Assembly: GCA_016748015.1 (NCBI GenBank)
Contig: JAAOMT010000571.1
Coordinates: 1,243,095 to 1,307,094 of the forward strand
DNA: 64,000 bases
Direction: 5' to 3'
From: Geosiphon pyriformis uo1
Lineage: Eukaryota > Fungi > Glomeromycota
Shown here: one piece after another, positions 14,114 to 25,943 of the stretch
How positions within the stretch are numbered: the stretch's first letter is position 1
How the letters are laid out: each line of letters starts with the position of its first letter
Notes under the pieces: model-generated
Told to the model about the DNA's origin: nothing
The model's database searches: none
Seen by the model: only the letters and a program-made list of their open reading frames with translations
Position numbers and translations under genes: made by a program

Positions 14114-15109
14114 TGTTACCAGAGGTTTTTGGTCTCTTTTCTTAAATGTTGTTGATGCTTGTTTGCTGTAAATTCACGTTTTCTGGATGTGGTTGAACCT
14201 CCAGTAACTGAATTTATCTTCAAATTATCTCCTATAATTTGAACTTGCTGGGCTTATGAATGGAATGGCCAATTCCGTGCCAGTTACTTTGTATAGTTAC
14301 ATTGTAGTAAACATTAACTCTTTCTTAGGAATTGCTCATCTAGAAGCTTACTAAATTGTGTGTAGTTATTTTTGCTGTGAAAGTCAACTCTTCTACAGGA
14401 ATCTTGTCTGTAGGCTACTCTAATGATTATAATAATAAAAGAAAAGAAAAGAAAAGAAAAGGAAAGAAAAAGAAGAAATGAGGAATTGATTTGTTAAAGT
14501 CGTTTTGGATCCAGGCCTGAAAGTGTTTTAACAGTCTACTGAAATTGGTAGCTAATCAATTTCAAACTGTTAGTTGTGTTTTTGAGGATTTTCCAAGTGC
14601 AATAATTTAAAAAATTTGGTTTTTCGAATTATTTAATATTTATTTCTTTTTGTGTGTGTAGGAATAGTTCTAAGTAATAAATCTAAAGTAAGATACATTT
14701 TCTCGAAGAGAGAAGCTCTTCTTTTATACAACTTGTTGTAACACTATTCTATAAACTTGAACTTTGCTCTTTTCTACAATTTCACTGAACTGAAGATACA
14801 TTTCGGCGAACTACAGGTTATTTCTGCGAACTATTGGATATTTCAGTGAACTATCAATTATTTCGGCGAATTTCTACAAATTTTGGCAAACTTTTTGAAT
14901 GTTATATAGTTTGGGGTATTGCATAATTGATCATCACAATTAGGTTACATTTGTGTTATGTACAAATTGGGTTATTAATTAAATAATAATTTCAGACATT
15001 TTGTTAATATACTAAGTGATAATTTGAAATGATAATATATGTTAATTAATGATAGGAATTATAAAGATAATTTCATGCTAAATAATATCTCTAATTTCGT
15101 CTGGTAACA
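14114..15109 (-). repeat. 3' LTR of A1
   Basis: TG...CA, 10-bp terminal inverted repeats, preceded in sense orientation by PPT GAGGAGGAGA. Confidence 0.95.
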
Positions 15110-15797
15110 TAATCTCCTCCTCAAGACTAAGCTCTATCGAAGTCCAAGTACTGTCTGTAATTTCCAGATAGTAATCCAAAATTATTAAAGAAATTTGGTC
15201 TGAAAATTGTTTAAATTTCGGTTCTGTGAGCTTTCCAATATATTGTATCTTCAAAAGTCATAAAATTGGGTTTTGTAGGACATTTTCACAGATGTGAAAT
15301 AGGTCATAAAGTCTAAAAGCAGCTCTGAGTTTGTAGTGACTGTTTGTTAGTCTAACTGTTGTCTTGAATTTGTTGTGGAGTTGTTTCTGAATAGCTTCTT
15401 TTGTGAGGTTTGCTGTTGTAAGTTCCAGTTTCCGTTTGTAGAGTGTTTTTCCAATGTGGAAATATCTATAAATTGGAGGATATTCAGTGTTTTCCTCATT
15501 GAGACACAGTTGAAGTCTTTGTTGAATTGTAGCATTTGGTGGAATACTAATCGGAGTGAGCATTAGGTTTTCTCTTAAAGCAAGCTTTAAAAGTTCTGGC
15601 AGGTGAATTCCAGAATAACTTCTTGTGTTTTTCTTATATGGGTGATATTTTCGTGAATTTGGGGCTAATTTTTTAACTACTTCTGTTTGGGTATAATTAA
15701 TGTGGTTTCCAGTGACAGTAATAGATAATTCGGGTATTGTTTTTAAAGCTAACATTAGTTTTTGGGATAATTGTTGAATGTTTTAAGAAATAGCCAT
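15078..15797 (-). pseudogene. A1 ORF3, unknown protein in env position (internal stops)
   Basis: ATG at 15797, in frame with ORF 15258-15755; homologous to ORF3 of A2, A3 and B; runs through the PPT into the LTR. Confidence 0.75.
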
Positions 15798-15904
15798 TAT
15801 AAGAGATTTGAAAATAAAAAAAAATTATTTTTGGTGTATGGGTTTTTATATTATTTTTGTTTTGATTATTTTTAAATTATAAGGGAGTAACTAGTAAAAT
15901 TAAA

Positions 15905-17290
15905 TTAAGTGTTCAGGTTGGAAGGTTGTTCAATCACAACTATTGGTTCTAAGTTTTGGGGAATATCTTCGGGATTGACTAAAGGGGAATGTATACCAAT
16001 TTGTAGAATTAATGGTTCAGGATTGTTTCTGAAATGATAGTGTTTCAAACAATCTCTATGTGCAACTTTTGCTAAGATTTTGTCATCAAGTCTTAGTTTG
16101 TATGATCCATTGCCTAGGACTTCATGGATAAAGAATGGTCCATCTCATTTATTTTCAAATTTTCCACTCCATTGTTTTTCAGCTTTAGTTCTGTGTAAGA
16201 GAACTTTGTTTCCAATTTTAAATTTATTGGTGACTGAAAGCAATTTGTCATCATGCCGTTCTTTTTGTCAAGCTTGGGAGTGTTCAATATGGGTGACTGC
16301 TATTTGTTATTTTTCTTCCAACGTGCTAAGCAGAGTGTAGGCTCTTCGTTGAAGTGTTTCCTGGAAATTGTTTTTATTGATTGGTTGTGCTGGGTATGTT
16401 TCCACTGTGAACTTAATTGGTAGCGTTGCTGTCCTTCCGTAAGTTAAATTAAATGGTGTGTGTTTTGTGGTATCTTGTTTTAGTGTTCTATATGCTAGTA
16501 ATACTGATGGAATAAAGATATCCCATTCTTGCTCAAAATCAGTTGAGACTTTGGCTAATGACTCACACAATGTTCTGTTAAAATGTTCCACAAGTCCGTT
16601 TGTTTGTGGATGGTAGGACAAAGACAAAGGTCTTTTGACATTGAATCGTTCACAAATTTCTTGTATTAGGTTGTTCACAAAGTGTGTTCCCTGGTCGGAT
16701 AAAAGTTCAATTGAACATCCGTGTCTACAAATAATGTCTTCGTAGATGAAATTTGCTACTGATTTCGCATCTGCTTGTTGAATGGCTTTGGCTTCGGGCC
16801 ATTTAGTAAGATAGTCTACAGCTACTGCAATATAACAGTTTTCTTGAGTGGTAATAGATAATGGTCTGACTAAATTGATACCAACTTGGTCAAAGAGTTG
16901 TCCAACTTTGATTGGATTTAATGGTTCAGTAGGGTGTGTTCCTTCTCTTCTTTGACAACTATCACAAGATTCGACATATTCGTGAATGTCTTTCCTCATT
17001 CGAGGCCAAAAGTAGTATTCTAGTGTTCTTTGAGTGGTGCTATCTTTTCCGAAGTGTGCTGATGAAGGATCTGAGTGCATGTTGTATAATATGGTCTTTT
17101 TTTTCTGTTCTTGTATTAGTCTGAGTGGTTTGTCTGGGTTTTTGAAATTTTGATGATAAATAATGTTGTTATGTAGAAAATATTGTTTGGCTTGTTGTTG
17201 TAGTTGATGTTTTTTATCTGGAGACCAATCTGTTGGGATTGTTAATGTTTTTAAATATTGTTTGAGATTGTTGTAGTTTTCTGAATTCAT
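15905..17290 (-). pseudogene. int: A1 integrase ORF (HHCC Zn finger, DDE core, GPF motif)
   Basis: HSDPSSAH..CDSC, GINLV, LSDQGTHF, NGLVEHFNRT, DGPFFIHEVLGNGSY; own ATG; one or more decay stops. Confidence 0.92.
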
Positions 17291-17339
17291 TGTTTGTTGG
17301 CTCTTTTGGTTGGTTAAGTTGAGTATTGGTTTTTGTTTT

Positions 17340-20300
17340 CTAATCTTGTCTTATTCTGGAAAGACAGTCAACATTGGTGTGGAGTTTTCCTGGTTTGTGA
17401 TGTACTATGTATTGATAGTTTGCTAGAAATCCTGTCCATTGGGTTTGTTTTGCATTCAGCTGAGTATTTTTGTTCTAAAGCCATTTGAGTCCAATATTAT
17501 CAGTGATAATATCGAATTCTTTAGGCCTGAGATAAAGGTTGAAGTGATGTAGAGCCCAAATTATGGTTGCTGTTTCTAGTTCTGTGGCAGGGTAGTTTTT
17601 CTCAGCTGGTTTTAATGTTCTGCTAGCATAGGCAATTACTCGCTCATTTCCATTGTCATCTAGTTGTGATAAGATGGCACCAAAGGCAGTATATGAAGCA
17701 TCTGTAACTAGTCAAAATCGGTTGCTGAAATCCGGGTAGGCGAGAATTGGGGCTGTTGTCAGTTTTTCCTTGAGAATTTCAAAAGCTTTTTGGTGTTCGG
17801 TAGTCCATTTGTATTCAACGTTTTTGGTGGTGAGCTGGTTGAAGGGTTTTGCAATTTCTGAGAATCTTTTGATAAACTTCTAATAGTAGAATGCTAATCC
17901 TATGAATCCTCTTAGTTCTGTAGTATTTTGTGGAACTTTGAAGTTCTTAACAGCACTGATTTTTTCTGGATCTGGTTTGACTCCTTCTTCACTAACTATG
18001 TGACCAAGAAAGGCCAAACTTGTTTTTCCAAAATGGCATTTTTCAATGTTTAGTTTTAATCCTGCTCTACATAATCATTAAAAAACTTCTTGCAGATGAA
18101 TTAAATGGAGTTCAAAAGATGGAGAATAAACATCAGTGTTATCAAGATAGACAATTACTGATTTCCAAAGGAATTCAGCATATATAACATCCATGAGTCT
18201 TTGGAATGTTGCTGGCGCATTGCATAATCCAAAGGGCATTACATTAAATTCGTAGTTTCCTCCTTGTGTTGTGAATGCTGTTTTGGGGCGGTCCTTGGGA
18301 TCCATGGCAACTTGCCAGTATTCACTTTCTAGGTCTAATGTTGAAAAGTATTTAGATTTTCCAAGAGCATCTAACATGTCATTGATTTGCGGAAGAGGGT
18401 AAGCATCCCCAATGATGACACTATTGAGTTGTCAATAATCAACACAAAATTGTATCTTTCTATTCTTCTTTTTAACTAGGACCACCAGTGAGGCCCATGG
18501 ACTCATTGATGGTTAGATAAGCTCATTGTTAAGCATCCGTTGTACTTCTTCTTGGATAAATTGGTGGCTTTCTGGAGCAACTTGGTAGGCTTGTTGTTAT
18601 CTTGGTTTGGCATCTCCTGTATAGATTTGGTGTTGCACCAAATCAGTTCTTCCTAAGTCATTGTTGTTTTCGGTGAAGATATTGGCAAAATCTGCAATTA
18701 GTTTCTTGAACTGGTTTTGTTGTTGTGGTTCAAGTTGTCCCATGTTGATTCGAGATAGTTTTTCCATAACAATATGGTAGTTTTCAGAGCTGGGATTTGG
18801 GTTGATTTTTGGTAGTGAATGTTCAATAATTTCAGAAAAATTGGGGACTGTTTGGGGTAATTTTTGTTGAAAGATGTTACTGTGAATGATTCCAATTTCT
18901 AAGTTATTTAATAAAACTATGGGATAATTGTTGGGATTGTAAAAAGTAACTCAGACTTTCTTTGTTCCTTCTGGAATATAAATGTTTGGGATCAAGATAT
19001 TATGTTTCAAGCAGATTTGTTCGTTTGATTCAAAAATTTGTTGTGTGTTTGTTGGCTTTTCACAAATGTAAATTTCAGGGTGTTCTCCAAAGAATGAAAT
19101 GGTAATTAGTTGTAGAAGTTGTAAAATCTGGTGAGATTCTTTCTGTTCATTGAGAGCTATGTTTACTGGAACTGTGAAACATCCAGTTGAACCAAAACTT
19201 TGTGTTCCTTTTTCGCTTTTTCCCAACTGTTCTCTTTGATTAACTAATTGTAAACCTGAAATGTTGATTAAGGGTAAATAGATAGTTTGAGCAATTTTTT
19301 CAGCATATCTAATTTTGAAAGGTTTATCAGTTTCATTTTGTAACATAACTGTGATGTCTCCTGTGTATCCAGCATCGATGATTCCTCCTCTAACATTGAT
19401 TTCTTTGCTTGCCAAGAATGATTAAGAAGCAATTTGAACCATTGCTCCTAGTGGGATTTCGAGGGCAATTTTGAGGTTGATTTTTGTGAGAGATTTGGGT
19501 TTGAGAGTAAGAATATCTTTTCCTGGATATCTTAGATCATATTCAGCATCAATCTTGTGGGCTTTTTTTGGTTTTATTCCTTGTCTATTGTTGTTGAAAT
19601 ATTTGAGTTGTAAAGCAGGCTGATTTTCAATAAGATAGATGGGTGTTGTCTCAATTTTTTCTGTCGCTTCAAGTTCTCCGAATTCAATTTTATTCTCATC
19701 ATTTTCGCTGGGCAAGGGGATACTAAGAGCATAGCATTCGGGACACCATTGTTCATCACAAGGCATAATGCATTCTTTACATAGCCTAATGTTTATTTGC
19801 TCTAATCGTTGAATTTAAGCTTCTTGGGTCAGGTAGGTGTGACTTGCAATTTGGTGATAGACTTCTATTTCATCTTTGTAATCAAATCCAGCTAATTCTA
19901 TAGTGTATTCAATGTATTCTGCTTCCTTTATTTGACAAACATCTTCTTTGGTAGCTCCATTAATTAATGTTATTGCTAAGTCGAAAATCATCTTAGCATC
20001 ATGAGGGTAGTGATAAAGTTTGTTGAGAGCACTATTATATGCTGCATTAAAGGGTGTTCCTCTTTTTACTTTTTCTGAAATTGATAAAGCATATTGGCAG
20101 GTCTGATCGCAAACACCTTCTCTCATTGCTACATCAATCCAATTGCATTCTTCTGGTAGCATATCTCCACAAGTCAAACAAGGGATGTTGTCCCATTTTC
20201 CGCTCTTTTTTATTAAATGGCCCCATCGCTCTCTGTGGCAAGTTTTGCAGTAATAACAAGTATGATTCTCATATTCTTCTTCAGGTGAAATGCAGGCTCC

Positions 20301-22816
20301 CATTGATGATAGTTTCTTGTGACAGTCCTTACATTTAAGGGGAATATAGGGGCGTTGTTTCCTTGGTTCAGGTTTTGAGTAAGGTATATTCCATCCAGAG
20401 GTTTCGGGTTTAGTGTGTGGAGTAAAATGTTCTTTTTCTGTTTTATCGGCCCAATTGAATGTTAATCCCAGAGCCATGAATGTTTCAATGAGAGGTTTTT
20501 CCTCTTCCAGTTCGAATTCAAAAGCTGGGACTTTTTCAGAGCGTTTGTTGAATGTACCACAAATGGCAGGTACTCGGGCATGTTGTTCTTGGTAGGAGAT
20601 TGTTAACTTTTGTGTTTCCCAATTCAGATTAGCATTGGCTTTTTGAAGCCAATCATTTCCGACGAGAGCTTGGTATTGGGGTGCATCCATTACAAGAACT
20701 TTAACTGGAATAGTAATTCCATCAAGAGTGAATGGAAAATTGTCAATTTTTCCTACTGAGGTCTTTTTCATGCCATCGGCAGTGACGATTACTGTTTGAG
20801 CTGGTCAGTCAACATTTCTTTTCAACTGTTGTATTAACTGGTAGGTAATAATGCTTCCGGCGGATCCACTGTCTAGGATCAAGCGAATTGTCTTTCCTTC
20901 GACTTCGGCTTCAGTGTACATGGCCGTGATTGCTTTTTGTTCATTGGCGGCTGTATTGTTAAGCAGAAATGGTGACTCATTTGCTTCAAACTCAAAAGGG
21001 AATATATCTGAAAGGTTAGTGTTTTCAGCAATTCTGGCTGGTGGAATTGTGATGAGAGTATAGGAAGGGTTTTGTTGTTGTTGTGCTGCAGCTCTACCTT
21101 CCAAAAGTACAGTATGGTGAAAATCCTGTTCTTCTGGTATTGTTAAATAACTGGGTTGAGTGTGGTAGTAGTTGGATCTTGGTTGAGTGGTATTTCGGGG
21201 AACCAATTGGTTGTTCGAACTGATTCTATTGTTGTTTACTTGGTATCGGTTTTGTGGTGTGAATTGATTTTGTGTAATCAGTCTTTAAGTAGGTACTTGA
21301 TAATATTGTGTGGGTGGTTGTTGGTATTGCTGTTGGATTGGCTGTGGGGCTGGCTGATAATAGTTATTTTGGTATTGGGGTCTTGGTGGATAGTAAGCTG
21401 GTGGTGGTGGTTGATAATAAAATTGCTGTGGTGGAGGGTAACGTTGATTACTCCTATTTTGTTGGTCTTGTTATAGCTTTCTGCAATCTTTTTTCCAGTG
21501 GCCAGAGATTCCACAGTAATGGCAATTCTGAGGCTGGTTATTGGAAAGTGGTGCAAAGTTATTTTGATTTCGTCTTTGGAGTGGTTGATATCTTTGGGAT
21601 TGCTGTTGTTGTTGATTGGTGAAATAGTTTTCAATCTTCTTTGTGAGTTGGTCAATTTTTTCCTCGGCTGTTGAGCTGGTTTCTTCAATTGCCAAATTTA
21701 CAAGTTTTGTGCGGTTGGCCTCTTCCATGGTCATTTCGTATCTTTTTGCATGCTGTATAGCAGAGTTTAAATCTTCTGGCACATGTGGGCGAACCTTTTT
21801 AATTAGTTTATCTTTTAAACCAGCAATAAATTGATCCAAGATTTGAGCATTGAAATAATAATTGTTTGTCTCGAGTTGGCGAATTCGTCTGAGAAGTTTG
21901 TTGAATTTCCCAATATAAGTCATAACGGATTCGGAGGGTTCTTGTTTGATATTTTGAAAACGATTGCAAAGAGTGATGGAGGTGTTATTGTCAATGAACT
22001 GTTCAAGGAAGGCTGTTTTGAAAGCGTTCCAATCATTGAATGGGGCAGTAAGGTTTTCAAACCATTCTTCTGCTGTTCCTTTGAGAAAGTAGGGAATTGT
22101 TCTTAACATTCTGGCAGCATTCCATCCATTTGCATCTCCAGCTTTAGTAACTTGGTCGAGCCATTTTTGGGGACTGGTCTCAATGTCTTCTCCATTAAAT
22201 TCAGGGATTTTTGCGATGTATGTTGTCATTTCATCTTCTTCGTTTTCACTGTCTATTGATTTTTCTTCAGATATTTCAGGTTCATTTTTTTTGTTCACTG
22301 CTGTCTCAGAGTGTTCACTTTGGTTTTTAGCTAGAAAGTCAAGGAGATTGGAACTAGTTTGAAGGGGTTCTTGTTGTCTGGTGGGACTTCTGAGTGATGT
22401 AAAATCTTTTGGTCTTGCAAATCAATTCAAGGGTGAATTAGGTGTTTGTGTTTGTGCAAGTAAAGCTGGAAAAAATGTGATAGTAAGTGGAAGTTTTGAA
22501 CTGGTTCCTTGTTCAGGTGTTTGTAAATGTTTGAATGATATTTTGGGAGTATTGGGTGTTGTGTGAACAGGTCGGTTATCTCTTTGTCTTTTGTTGCTAC
22601 TGGTTTCAAGTTCAGATTTAAGTTCAAAGACAAATTGTGCGTTTGCAGGATATTTTTCTTTACAGAATCAAATGATATTATAATCAAGTTCCTCAAAATA
22701 AGTAGCATAAGCTTCAGCACTAATGTTTTCTGATTCAGTGTTGGAATAGTGTAGTATGTTCTCAAGAAGATCTCTTTTAACTGTTGTAATGTTATAGTTT
22801 CCAAAGAGATAGTCAT
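17340..22816 (-). pseudogene. gag-pol: A1 gag-pol (capsid, CCHC, protease, Cys-rich domain, dUTPase, RT, RNase H); N-terminal part lies at 32172-32311
   Basis: CHYCGISGHWKKDC, LILDSGSAG, GGIIDAGYTG, VMPFGLCNAPATFQ, YLDN, RNase H ending DCLSRIRQD-TAG; broken by C>T/G>A stops. Confidence 0.93.
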
Positions 22817-23085
22817 TGTTACTGGAGGTTTTTGGTCTCTTTTCTGTAATGTTGTTGATACTTATTTGCTGTGAATTCACGTTTTCTGGATGTGGTTGAA
22901 CCTCCAGTAACTGAATTTATCTTCAAATTATCTCCTATAATTTGAACTGCTGGGCTTATAAGTGGAATGGCCAATTCTGTGCCAGTTGCTTTATGTAGTT
23001 ACGTTGTAGTAAACGTCAACTCTTTCCCAGGAATTGCTCATCTGGAAGCTCACTAAAAATGTGTAGTTACTTTGCTGTGAAAGTC

Positions 23086-23744
23086 NNNNNNNNNNNNNNN
23101 NNNNNNNNNNNNNNNNNNNNNNNNNNNNNNNNNNNNNNNNNNNNNNNNNNNNNNNNNNNNNNNNNNNNNNNNNNNNNNNNNNNNNNNNNNNNNNNNNNNN
23201 NNNNNNNNNNNNNNNNNNNNNNNNNNNNNNNNNNNNNNNNNNNNNNNNNNNNNNNNNNNNNNNNNNNNNNNNNNNNNNNNNNNNNNNNNNNNNNNNNNNN
23301 NNNNNNNNNNNNNNNNNNNNNNNNNNNNNNNNNNNNNNNNNNNNNNNNNNNNNNNNNNNNNNNNNNNNNNNNNNNNNNNNNNNNNNNNNNNNNNNNNNNN
23401 NNNNNNNNNNNNNNNNNNNNNNNNNNNNNNNNNNNNNNNNNNNNNNNNNNNNNNNNNNNNNNNNNNNNNNNNNNNNNNNNNNNNNNNNNNNNNNNNNNNN
23501 NNNNNNNNNNNNNNNNNNNNNNNNNNNNNNNNNNNNNNNNNNNNNNNNNNNNNNNNNNNNNNNNNNNNNNNNNNNNNNNNNNNNNNNNNNNNNNNNNNNN
23601 NNNNNNNNNNNNNNNNNNNNNNNNNNNNNNNNNNNNNNNNNNNNNNNNNNNNNNNNNNNNNNNNNNNNNNNNNNNNNNNNNNNNNNNNNNNNNNNNNNNN
23701 NNNNNNNNNNNNNNNNNNNNNNNNNNNNNNNNNNNNNNNNNNNN
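23086..23744. other. Assembly gap (659 N) covering most of the A2 3' LTR and its PPT
   Basis: Run of N; size roughly comparable to the missing LTR part plus PPT. Confidence 0.99.
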
Positions 23745-24388
23745 GTTTGTTATTTCCAGATAATAATCCAAAATTATTGAAGAAATTTGGTCTGAAAATT
23801 GTTGAAATTTCAGTTCTGTGAGCTTTCTAATGTATTGAATCTTCAAAAGTTGAAAAATTGGGTTTTGTAGTACGTTTTCACAGGTGTGGAATAGGTCATA
23901 AAGTTTAAGAGCAGCTCTAAGCCTGTAGTGACTGTTTGTTAATCCAGCTGTTGTCTTGAATTCGTTGTGGAGTTGTTTCTGAATAGCTTCTTTTGTGAGG
24001 TTTGCTGTTGTAAGTTCCAGTTTCTGTTCATAGAGTGTTTTTCCAATGTGAAAATATCTATAGATTGGAGGATATTCAGTGTTTTCCTCATTGAGACACA
24101 ATTGAAGTTTTTGTTGAATTGTAGCATTTGGTGAAATACTAATCGGAATGAGCCTTAGGTTTTCTCTTAAAGCAAGCTTTAAAAGTTCTGGCAGATGAAT
24201 TCCAGTATAACTTCTTGTGTTCTTTTTATATGAGTGATATTTTCATGAGTTGGGGCTAAATTTGTAACTACTTCTGTTTGGGTATAATTAATGTGGTTTC
24301 CAGTAACAGTAATAGATAATTTGGGTATTGTTTTTAAAGCTAACATTAGTTTTTGGGATAATTGTTGAATGTTTTGAGGAATAGTTAT
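23745..24388 (-). pseudogene. A2 ORF3 (start decayed to ATA, frameshift, 3' end in gap)
   Basis: Near-identical peptide to A1/A3 ORF3 (YPPIYRYFHIGKTLYE...AALKLYDLF). Confidence 0.75.
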
Positions 24389-24509
24389 TATAAGCAATTG
24401 AAAAAAAATAAAAATTATTTTTGGTGTATGGGTTTTTTTTTATGTTATTTTTGTTTTTGTTTTTGTGAGATTGTTTCTAAATTATAAGAGAATGACTAGT
24501 AAAATTAAA

Positions 24510-25895
24510 TTAAGTGTTTAGGTTGGAAGATTGTTCAATGACAACTATTGGTTCTAAGTTTCGGGGAATATCTTCGGGACTGACCAAAGGAGAATATGTA
24601 CCAATTTGTGGAATTAATGATTCAGGATTGCTTCTGGAATGATAGTGTTTCAAACGATCTCCATGTGCAACTTTTGCTAGGATTTTGTCATCAAGTCTTA
24701 GCTTGTATGATCTATTGCCTAGGACTTTATGGATAAAGAATGGTCCATCCCATTTATTTTCAAATTTTCCACTCCATTGTTTTTCAGCTTTAGTTCTGTG
24801 TAAGAGAACTTTGTTTCCAATTTTGAATTTATTGATGACTGAAGGTAATTTGTCATCATGTTGTTCTTTTTGTTGAGCTTGGGAGTGTTCAATATGGGTG
24901 GCTGCTATTCGTCGTTTTCCTTCTAATGTACTAAGTAGAGTGTAGGCTCTTCACTGAAGCGTTTTTTGGAAATTGTTTTCATCAATCAGTTGTGTTGGGT
25001 ATGTTTCCACTGTGAAACTAATTGGTAACATTGCCATCCTTCCATAAGTTAAATCAAATAGTGTGTGTTTCGTGGTGTCTTGTTTTAATGTCCTATATGC
25101 TAGTAACACTAATGGAATAAAGAGATCCCATTCTTGCTCAAAATCGGTTGAGACTTTGGCTAATGACTCACACAATGTTCTGTTAAAATGTTCCACAAGT
25201 CTGTTTGTTTGTGGATGGTAGGGCAAAGACAGAGGTCTTTTGACATTGAATTGTTCACAAATTTCTTGTATCAGGTTGTTCACAAAGTGTGTTCCCTGAT
25301 TGGATAAAAGTTCAATTGGACATCCATGTCTACAAATAATGTCTTCGTAGATAAAATTTGCTACTGATTTTGCATCTGCTCGTTGAATGGCTCTGGCTTC
25401 AGGCCATTTAGTAAAATAGTCTACAGCTACTGCAATATAACGGTTTCCTTGAGTGTTTATAGATAGTGGTCCGACTAAATCGATACCAATTCTGTCAAAA
25501 GGCTGTCCAACTTTGATTGGATTTAAAGATTCTGTAGGGCGAGTTTCTCCTCTTCTTTGACAACTATCACAAGATTTGACATATTTGTTAATGTCTTTTC
25601 TCATTCGAGGCCAAAAGTAGTATTCTAGTGTTCTTTGAGTGGTACTATTTTTTCCGAAGTGTGCTGATGAAGAATCCGAGTACATGTTGTATAAAATGGT
25701 TTCTTTTTTCTGTTCTTGTATTAATCTAAGTAGTTTGATTGGGTTTTTGAAATTTTGATGATAGATAATGTTGTTGTGTAGAAAATATTGTTTGGCTTGT
25801 TGTTGTAACCGATGTTTTTTGTCTGGAGACCAATCTGTTGGGATTGTTAATGTCTCCAAATATTGTTTGAGATTGTTGTAGTTTTTGGGGTTCAT
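24510..25895 (-). pseudogene. int: A2 integrase ORF
   Basis: CDSC, GIDLVGP, VEHFNRT, WDGPFFI; own ATG 48 nt after the RNase H stop. Confidence 0.92.
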
Positions 25896-25943
25896 TGTTT
25901 GTTGTTTTGATGCTATTAATTCAATTGAGTGTTGGTTTTGTTT

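Noticed and set aside
21156-22106. Recurrent antisense/alternate-frame ORFs over gag (also ~29.4-30.3 kb and 36.1-36.9 kb)
   Set aside because: Shadows of CAA/CCA-rich codon usage in near-identical copies; no counterpart seen in family B.
23059-24101. Long ORFs containing X runs
   Set aside because: Artefacts of translating the N gap; only the ORF3 portion is real.
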